Positions 45,055 through 52,275 of a DNA stretch of 64,000 nt are shown here, piece by piece. Both the position numbers and the translations under genes were made by a program. The notes beneath the pieces are model-generated. The model was not told where the DNA came from. It was given only the letters and a program-made list of their open reading frames with translations, and did not search any database. The stretch's first letter is position 1. The number at the start of each line of letters is the position of its first letter. Source of the stretch: a virus; IMG/VR virus record IMGVR_UViG_3300047560_000604, positions 69,467-133,466 of that record. The stretch is one strand, 5' to 3'.

Positions 45055-47048
45055 TGAGAGCATCTCAGTTTACAGTCGAAAATACATTAGATGAAGCCCC
45101 AATGAATCCTACCGCTTTTGCTCAATCAATTGAGCAAGGTGAAAAGAAGGGTGTCTTAGTTGGGTACGAGTTTGAAGTATGTATTCCTCGTGCTACTATC
45201 AGTAACACGGGTGATAACTCAAAGGGGATCCTTGATAAAATTGAAATCTACATGGAAGAATTCTTAGAATCAACAAACACTCAGGATATTTCAGTAGAAG
45301 AAATGTCTAAGTTGTTCCCTTTCAAGAAGCCAATCAAAGGTTATGATAGTCTCAGTGATTATTATACAAAGGATCAAACTAATAGATTGCAAAAAGGCAT
45401 TGAACTATTCAAAGAATTCCCAGAAGATATAAGAGCAAAGTTCATTCCTATCACTAAGCAGAGATTGAAAAGTTATTCTAATAAAAAAGCAGATCCCAAA
45501 TCAATGTCATATCAAATTGCGTTTCTAGGTAGATTTGGTAGAGACGTATATTCGAGCACTAGAGGTGAAATTGAATCCAAGGCGCATGATTTAATGGAGC
45601 TTTTGGATGGGAACGATTATTACTATGAAATGTTTGGCACACTAATCCCCCATACTGCATATGCAAACATGTTGAAATATTTCAATATCGATCCGGCGAG
45701 GGTGTGGAGTGCGATGCAAGACTATGTGTATGATGAAGAAGATGATGATGGATATTATGCTGCTGCTTCTGGCGTATTGAAGCCTGCTCTTTCTAAGACA
45801 ATGGGATCAGAAGTAATAATATTCAGCGACTACCACGAAGATACAAAAGATTTAGACAAGTGGTACATAGAACCAGATGGTAGCTTATCAGCCGATGATG
45901 AAGATGATACTACTGCTGAGATAGTTAGTCCCCCATTGCCAGCAATGAAAGCTATAGATGCATTGAAGAAATTCTATTCAATGGCATCAAGTTTAAATCT
46001 ATATACTAACAACACTACAGGCTTACACATAAATGTAAGTATTCCTGACACACTAGATGTAACAAAGTTAGCAGTGTTCTTGGGTGATGATTATGTGTTA
46101 CAACAATATAACCGCGAAAATAACGGTTACGCAAAAGGAACAATGCAACGACTAAACTATGCAATGGTTAATAAATTAGATTCATACGCTCGTTCACCTA
46201 TGCAAACTACTAACAGTAGAAGTAAAAAGCCAGGGGTATTTGGTCAACGTAAAACATCAAATCTACCTAACTACAAGATGCTGAATGATATTATTAAAAA
46301 TCACACTGAAGGTCATACAGCTAGTATTAGTTACAATGGTAAGTACATTTCATTTAGACATGCAGGCGGTGACTATTTAAGTGACTACAATAAGGTGTAC
46401 AACACAGTTGGTCGCTTTGTTCGTGCGATGATTATTGCTAGTGATCCAAACTTATATAAACGTGAGTACCAAGAAAAATTAGCCAAGATTGCTACTATGG
46501 GAGATCAACTACGCAACGTGCGTTTTGGTGACACTAATAAAATGTTAACTATTATTCAGAAACATGGACTTCCTGTTATATCTGCACCAGTTGCGATTGT
46601 TAATCCTAAGTTTCCTATCGAATCTGTAATCAAGAGTTTTGGTAGAAATGAACAATGGTTCCCTGGTCCTAAAGCTGGTGCTGTAAAAACAAGACCTTCA
46701 ACTGAAGCTGAGAAGCAATTATTAATTAGCAGGATTCTTAACGCAGACACCAAACAGTTAGTTAATCAGGCTACTAGTTTTGTAACTGTAGATATTATTC
46801 CAAAGACTCCACAAATGGTAGGCATGATATTAGCTAATCCCGGTAACATGCTCAGAACAGTAGTGCAGCCAGTGTTCGGTAGAGGTAACAACGCACAAGC
46901 GTTCTTCACGACTTCAACCTCTACTTACCCATTGAATAGTCCAATCGCACAAGCTGCGATGAAAGCTATACTACAAGATAAGTGGGGTGCGATTAAGCCC
47001 GGTGCTAAAACGAAACCAAATGCCTCAAGGTTCTTAGACAAGCCATGA
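45054..47048 (+). CDS. Putative amidoligase (COOH-NH2 ligase type 2) 1
   Basis: GYEFE, IEPDGSL, EIVSPP, TTGLHINVS, ISFRHAGG; leader MRASQFTVE. Confidence 0.8.
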   Translation: MRASQFTVENTLDEAPMNPTAFAQSIEQGEKKGVLVGYEFEVCIPRATISNTGDNSKGILDKIEIYMEEFLESTNTQDISVEEMSKLFPFKKPIKGYDSLSDYYTKDQTNRLQKGIELFKEFPEDIRAKFIPITKQRLKSYSNKKADPKSMSYQIAFLGRFGRDVYSSTRGEIESKAHDLMELLDGNDYYYEMFGTLIPHTAYANMLKYFNIDPARVWSAMQDYVYDEEDDDGYYAAASGVLKPALSKTMGSEVIIFSDYHEDTKDLDKWYIEPDGSLSADDEDDTTAEIVSPPLPAMKAIDALKKFYSMASSLNLYTNNTTGLHINVSIPDTLDVTKLAVFLGDDYVLQQYNRENNGYAKGTMQRLNYAMVNKLDSYARSPMQTTNSRSKKPGVFGQRKTSNLPNYKMLNDIIKNHTEGHTASISYNGKYISFRHAGGDYLSDYNKVYNTVGRFVRAMIIASDPNLYKREYQEKLAKIATMGDQLRNVRFGDTNKMLTIIQKHGLPVISAPVAIVNPKFPIESVIKSFGRNEQWFPGPKAGAVKTRPSTEAEKQLLISRILNADTKQLVNQATSFVTVDIIPKTPQMVGMILANPGNMLRTVVQPVFGRGNNAQAFFTTSTSTYPLNSPIAQAAMKAILQDKWGAIKPGAKTKPNASRFLDKP

Positions 47049-47485
47049 AGATAACTGACATCCTAACAGAAGCTGGTGAACAACCTATATACTATTTTGC
47101 ATACGGTATGCTGACTGATCCTGAGATTATGGATGGTATTCCATTAGTTGGTAAAGCAGAACTACCTAACTTTGAATTTGAAATGTTCATGTATGCAAAT
47201 GTACTCCCCACACCAAGAAGTAAAGTTTATGGAACTCTCTGGGAAGTTAACAGAGAAGTTATTAGTAGATTGGATCAAATTGAAGGCTACCCTCAGTTGT
47301 ATGACAGAAAGATGGTTCCGGTCATATCTAATGGTAAACGATATGAAGCGTTCGTGTACACACTAACACCAGAATCAAGAGAAGAACTTGAAGGTTCTGA
47401 ACCCAGCAAAAGTTACATAAATAAACTAATAAGGGGATATAAAAACGCAGGTGTTCCCCTAGAACAATTACAAAGAACACTATGA
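47045..47485 (+). CDS. Gamma-glutamylcyclotransferase (GGCT/AIG2-like)
   Basis: YYFAYGML, VYGTLWEV, LDQIEGYP.LY; leader MKITDILTE. Confidence 0.85.
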   Translation: MKITDILTEAGEQPIYYFAYGMLTDPEIMDGIPLVGKAELPNFEFEMFMYANVLPTPRSKVYGTLWEVNREVISRLDQIEGYPQLYDRKMVPVISNGKRYEAFVYTLTPESREELEGSEPSKSYINKLIRGYKNAGVPLEQLQRTL

Positions 47486-49398
47486 GAGCAATAGATTTTT
47501 TAGTAGAACAGCAGAGACTTGATGAAGTTAACATGAGCCCACGCTCATTGAAGATGCTTGTTAAGAGCATCAATGCCACTGCTGGTATGGAATTTGAAAT
47601 GGGTGTTCCTAATATTGAAGATCCAGACGAATACGAATACGAAAACGACTACGATTCAGATGAACGTGCTAGTAGTTGGGGTAACATTGAAGATTTCTTT
47701 ATGGGCGGCGACGGCAATAATAGTCGTAGTGACGTTCGTTCAATGATTGAATCCATGCAAGAACATTACAATGAGTGGTATTTTGAGCAAGAAGAAGAAG
47801 CATGGCGAGATGAAGGTCAAGAATTCTTAAAAGACTATATTTTAGAAAATGATGAGTTTGACGAAGATGATGCAGAAGAACAAGCTAAACAAGAAATTCG
47901 TGAAGCAAACCCTGAACTACCAGAAGAATCACATGACTTTGAAGAATTAGTAAGAGTTAGAAAAGACGAGATATTTGAAGAATTCGTACAAGACGAATGG
48001 GACAATGACGGTCGTATATATGATAGAGCCAAGGATGAGTTTAGAGATAATTATAGCGTCCCGGATGAAGGTGATTGGCTGAGTGACAATTACGAATGGA
48101 TGACTGACGTATACCATTCGTTTGGTAATAGACATGATGTATTCTGGCCCTATCAAACTCGTTCAGGTGGTGAAGGTGATTTAGGTGATCTAGCTGACGA
48201 ATTTAGTAGAGCAATCGGCAGAGGTGTGAACACATATGCAGGTCACGGTGGTCCTAGAGAAGCAGGTGAATACACGATTGAAACTGACCCTAGTATTGAT
48301 ACTGATGATAGCGGCGATGCCGGATTAGAATTTGTTAGTCCACCGTTACCATTAACTGAATTAGTAGCCGACCTAGCTACAGTAGTTAAGTGGGCTAATG
48401 AGTATGGTTGTTATACAAACGATTCAACTGGGTTGCATATGAGTGTTAGTGTCCCTAATTATTCTATTGATAAGTTAGACTATGTTAAGTTAGCATTGTT
48501 ATTAGGTGACGAGTATGTGTTACAACAGTTCGGTCGTCAATCAAATAACTATTGCCGTAGTGCTGTAAGCAAAGTTAAAGGGAAGCAACTATCACAAGAA
48601 GAATCTAAAAACATTCTAGACCAAATGAAGAACGGTTTATCGTTGGCAGCAAGTAAATTGATTCACACTGGCTTTACGGACAAGTATACAAGTATCAACA
48701 CTAAAAATGGTTATGTAGAGTTTAGAAGTCCCGGTGGTGACTGGTTGAATGAAGATTTAGATAAGCTAACAAATACATTGTATCGTTTTGTTGTTGCATT
48801 GGATGCAGCATGTGACCCACAAAAGTACAAAGAAGACTACTATAAGAAGTTATACAAGATGTTGAATCCTGATGATTCAACTGATGATTATGGTAAGATG
48901 ATTAATGATTTTAGTCAATATGCTACAGCAGTTGGTGGAGCCCCACAAAAAGTTGTTGCTAATTTCCGTAGATTAGCATTAGCAACATTGAAACAATCAC
49001 AGGGCAAAGAATCTGGTCAATGGTGGTTTAACGTTGCTATCAATGGTCAACGAATTGAACTTGTTGCTGACAGCCCTGAACATGCATGGGAAGAAGCAGT
49101 AAAAGATAACCCACACTGGGGCAGAATGAACAAGAATGATGCTAAGATTACTAGATTGCGCCCATTTGTAGATACTAGACCAGCAAATGGTACAACAGCA
49201 CAAGCAACAGCAGGGGAACCTCAACCGTTAAGTCAACCTCAACAGCAACAATATCAAATCTATCGCAAAGATTCAGGAACCACTATTACATCATTCATGG
49301 CTGCAGACGATGAGGATGCAATGCAAAGACTAGGGCACCATTTAGCATACGTGCCCTCACAAGCACACAACTTGTATGGTGTACGTAGGGCACAATAA
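47482..49398 (+). CDS. Putative amidoligase (COOH-NH2 ligase type 2) 2
   Basis: GMEFE, IETDPSI, GLEFVSPP, STGLHMSVS, VEFRSPGG; leader MRAIDFLVE. Confidence 0.8.
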   Translation: MRAIDFLVEQQRLDEVNMSPRSLKMLVKSINATAGMEFEMGVPNIEDPDEYEYENDYDSDERASSWGNIEDFFMGGDGNNSRSDVRSMIESMQEHYNEWYFEQEEEAWRDEGQEFLKDYILENDEFDEDDAEEQAKQEIREANPELPEESHDFEELVRVRKDEIFEEFVQDEWDNDGRIYDRAKDEFRDNYSVPDEGDWLSDNYEWMTDVYHSFGNRHDVFWPYQTRSGGEGDLGDLADEFSRAIGRGVNTYAGHGGPREAGEYTIETDPSIDTDDSGDAGLEFVSPPLPLTELVADLATVVKWANEYGCYTNDSTGLHMSVSVPNYSIDKLDYVKLALLLGDEYVLQQFGRQSNNYCRSAVSKVKGKQLSQEESKNILDQMKNGLSLAASKLIHTGFTDKYTSINTKNGYVEFRSPGGDWLNEDLDKLTNTLYRFVVALDAACDPQKYKEDYYKKLYKMLNPDDSTDDYGKMINDFSQYATAVGGAPQKVVANFRRLALATLKQSQGKESGQWWFNVAINGQRIELVADSPEHAWEEAVKDNPHWGRMNKNDAKITRLRPFVDTRPANGTTAQATAGEPQPLSQPQQQQYQIYRKDSGTTITSFMAADDEDAMQRLGHHLAYVPSQAHNLYGVRRAQ

Positions 49399-49883
49399 TG
49401 AGAGCAACTGAATTTATCTCTGAAGTATTTGAACCCAATAAACAAAACTGGGAATGGGCTCGCCTTGGAAATAGCGAAGTAACCGCATATTTCAAAGTCG
49501 GTAAAAGAGATTATATTTGGCAAGCATTTACACGAAGTAGTAATCCCAAGAAGTGGGAAATACAATTTCGTTTAATGAGAGATTATGAAAACGATCCCGA
49601 AGAATTAGACTTGTTTGGTAAGACTGGTACAGGTAATTCAGCGGAAGTAATGTCAACTGCTGTGGATATTACAAGAGCATTCTTAAAAGAATACGGACTT
49701 GATAGAGTAGAAGAAATTACATTCAACGCAAAAGAAGATAGTCGCATTGGATTATATGCTAAGATGATTAAAAGACTATTACCCGATTGGGACTTGTATA
49801 GTAAAAAAGACCCAGTTGATGGAATGGTATTCTCTCTTACTGACCGTAGAGCGTATGACAAGCCTGAGAACAAGATTACATAA
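49398..49883 (+). CDS. Hypothetical protein with capsid-targeting-like leader
   Basis: Leader MRATEFISE; no family recognised. Confidence 0.75.
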   Translation: MRATEFISEVFEPNKQNWEWARLGNSEVTAYFKVGKRDYIWQAFTRSSNPKKWEIQFRLMRDYENDPEELDLFGKTGTGNSAEVMSTAVDITRAFLKEYGLDRVEEITFNAKEDSRIGLYAKMIKRLLPDWDLYSKKDPVDGMVFSLTDRRAYDKPENKIT

Positions 49884-49887
49884 GAAC

Positions 49888-49981
49888 ATGCCTTAGGACC
49901 GTGGTAGTTACTACCATGAAGGCGTCGGGCGGCTGCTGCCCTAGAACAAGCGATTCGCTACCGCAAGTTCTTTAAGTGAGC
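49888..49981. ncRNA. Candidate compact structured RNA with possible pseudoknot
   Basis: GC-rich intergenic stretch with stems ATGCCTT/AAGGCGT, TGGTAG/CTACCA, GGGCGG/CTGCCC, AGAAC/GTTCT, GCG/CGC; loop TTCGC can pair with GTGAG. Confidence 0.5.
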
Positions 49982-50009
49982 TTTTTCCTTTTATAGATAA
50001 ATATATATT

Positions 50010-50600
50010 ATGCGAGCCGAATCATTTATCCAAGAATCCGCTGTTAGAGAACTAGCAGACAAACTTCCAACCCTCAAAAGAACTGACTATGATGCAATCG
50101 ACCGTTTAATGAAACGAGTTGGTATTAAACATAATGTATCTTCTAAAAAGTTGCATAATCTATTTGTCAGTAAATACGGACATAGTCCAGATCACTGGGT
50201 AAAGCGCATCAAAAGTCGTTTGGGTGAGACCGACGTAGATCCTACAGACGATAAATCTGCACAGATTGACAAATTTATTAAGTGGTCTTACAACGCATTG
50301 AACATACAAGAGCCCCTACCAAAATTCCATTTTAGTAGAGATACAGAAGAAGCACAGGATCAGCATCGTACTGGTTCACATGACAGCCAGGGCAATATTA
50401 CAGTTTACATTGAGAATCGTAACTTAGTTGATATCTTCCGCACAATATTCCATGAGCTTGTGCATCACAGACAAGACCAATTAAACATGATTAAAGATGG
50501 TGACAGTTATCCAGGTAGTCCTATCGAAGCAATGGCAGATATGATGGCTGGAAAGTACATAAAGATTTATGGCAAACAACATCCCGAAATCTTCCAATAA
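50010..50600 (+). CDS. Zincin-like metallopeptidase with capsid-targeting-like leader
   Basis: RTIFHELVHHRQ (HExxH), downstream IEAMA; leader MRAESFIQE; ATAAATA 49997-50003. Confidence 0.7.
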   Translation: MRAESFIQESAVRELADKLPTLKRTDYDAIDRLMKRVGIKHNVSSKKLHNLFVSKYGHSPDHWVKRIKSRLGETDVDPTDDKSAQIDKFIKWSYNALNIQEPLPKFHFSRDTEEAQDQHRTGSHDSQGNITVYIENRNLVDIFRTIFHELVHHRQDQLNMIKDGDSYPGSPIEAMADMMAGKYIKIYGKQHPEIFQ

Positions 50601-50740
50601 AGTACAACAAAAGTTAAAAGAAGTCCCTGACGATTTGTTCGAGAAGGGTAAAGACGACATTGATTTTAAAAGAGAAGTGATTAAAAGGCAGTATAATAAG
50701 GATCCTTTAAGTATCTTTACACTAATAAAGAGAATGATTA

Positions 50741-51415
50741 ATGAGAGCAAATGAATTCGTTACCGAAGACATGTCACGTAGAGGATTTCTAGGTGCGCTA
50801 GGTGCAGGTGCAATGGCTGCATCAGGGGTTGCTCAAGCTAAAGTTAATCCAGTTGCTAACAATCCTAAAGTAGAATTGTTAATGAAGTGGGCTAAGAAGT
50901 TTATTACTAACCCATCGGAGTTAGCGGCATTCATGGCACAATGCGCCCACGAAAGCGACAACTTTGCAACAATGGAAGAATATGGTTCACCTGAACGTTT
51001 TGCTAAGAAGTACGACATTCAACACAATCCAGACAAAGCAAAACAACTAGGCAATACTAATCCAGGCGATGGCATCAAGTATCGTGGTCGTGGATATATT
51101 CAATTGACTGGTAAGTACAACTATCAAAAAGCAGGTGAGTGGGTATCCAAGTATATCAATCATCCAGTTGACTTTGTTAAGCAGCCTGATTTAGTTGCAA
51201 CACCCACTGCGGCTGCGTTGAGTAGCATTTGGTATTGGATGACATTCGTTCACCCTAAGGCAAAGAATTTCAGTAACACCAAACAAGTTACTAAGCACAT
51301 CAACCCTGGGTTGAAGGGTCAAAAGAATCGTGAACAGAAAGCTAAAGATTGGCAAGCTGCATTGAATGTTAAACCTATTAAGCCGGGTAAGTCATTTAAG
51401 GTAGCTTCAAGATGA
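50741..51415 (+). CDS. Second GH19 lysin, with capsid-targeting-like leader plus Tat-like signal
   Basis: AAFMAQCAHES, DGIKYRGRGYIQLTGKYNY, WYW, TKHINPG; N-terminus MRANEFVTE-DMSRRGFLGALGAGAMAASGVAQA. Confidence 0.85.
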   Translation: MRANEFVTEDMSRRGFLGALGAGAMAASGVAQAKVNPVANNPKVELLMKWAKKFITNPSELAAFMAQCAHESDNFATMEEYGSPERFAKKYDIQHNPDKAKQLGNTNPGDGIKYRGRGYIQLTGKYNYQKAGEWVSKYINHPVDFVKQPDLVATPTAAALSSIWYWMTFVHPKAKNFSNTKQVTKHINPGLKGQKNREQKAKDWQAALNVKPIKPGKSFKVASR

Positions 51416-51948
51416 GAGCATTTGAACTAACTAAGAATAAATGGGAACTGCTTATATCTAATGCAGATAAGCATGAAGCTGGTTCTGAATTAGTTAACTT
51501 AGTTAAACATGCCTATTCCGTAACACCAAAAGGTTCGATGATCCAAAGTTTGCGTGATGTTATTCCTAGTGATTGGAATGTTATTGATTGGGACCAAGAT
51601 CCTGACATTGACGCATGTGTGTTCTATCGTAAGAATAGACCGAGTGAAGATTGGGTGGGAATTAAAATACAAGGTGTCGGGCATGATGGCACTAGACAAA
51701 GCAAAGACAAAGCAATCGGTAAAGTTTTGGAACTGTTACAGAAGCAAGGTGTTTGGATTGAATCCTCAGATGCCATGCGTCATGTCTTACATAAGTTAAA
51801 TGCACCAAATGTTAAGAATGAACAGTTCTTACAAAATCTGTTCGGTGATCCAAACCTGCACATGGTTCAAGATGACACATATCGTAGAACTTTACAAAAC
51901 GGTCAAGAGATTCAAGAAACCGTATTCGGTCATCCTAAGCTAAAATAA
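51412..51948 (+). CDS. Hypothetical protein (MRAFEL... start)
   Basis: ATGA-coupled; shares ATGAGAGCA start with other island genes. Confidence 0.75.
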   Translation: MRAFELTKNKWELLISNADKHEAGSELVNLVKHAYSVTPKGSMIQSLRDVIPSDWNVIDWDQDPDIDACVFYRKNRPSEDWVGIKIQGVGHDGTRQSKDKAIGKVLELLQKQGVWIESSDAMRHVLHKLNAPNVKNEQFLQNLFGDPNLHMVQDDTYRRTLQNGQEIQETVFGHPKLK

Positions 51949-51961
51949 TTACGTAAAAAGT

Positions 51962-51990
51962 TTGACTTCTCTACGCAGTTCATATATACT
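51962..51990 (+). promoter_or_regulatory. sigma70-type promoter for the replication genes
   Basis: TTGACT, 17 nt, TATACT; AGGAGA RBS before ATG 52015. Confidence 0.8.
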
Positions 51991-52014
51991 AACTACTTCT
52001 TTAGGAGATTATAT

Positions 52015-52275
52015 ATGACAGCAAAAATGTTTAGTGGCGACCAGAAAATCAAACTTACCCAACTTATCAATGAAGGCATGGCAGTTATGCACGAGATTGA
52101 TACGTTGCAAGGTGGTTTAACTGACACTATCAAAGCAATCGCAGAAGAATTGGAAGTAAAACCTTCTGTACTCAAAAAGGCTATTCGTGTAGCGCACAAG
52201 GCTGCGTTGACACAAACTAACGCCGACAACGAAGAACTCAACACTATTTTGGAAACTGTAGGTAAGACTCTCTAA
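52015..52275 (+). CDS. dsDNA-binding protein (T4 DsbA / DUF2312-like)
   Basis: 86-aa helical protein, EID.LQ..L.D.IK.IAEELEVKP.VLKKAIR pattern; directly upstream of the polymerase. Confidence 0.6.
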   Translation: MTAKMFSGDQKIKLTQLINEGMAVMHEIDTLQGGLTDTIKAIAEELEVKPSVLKKAIRVAHKAALTQTNADNEELNTILETVGKTL

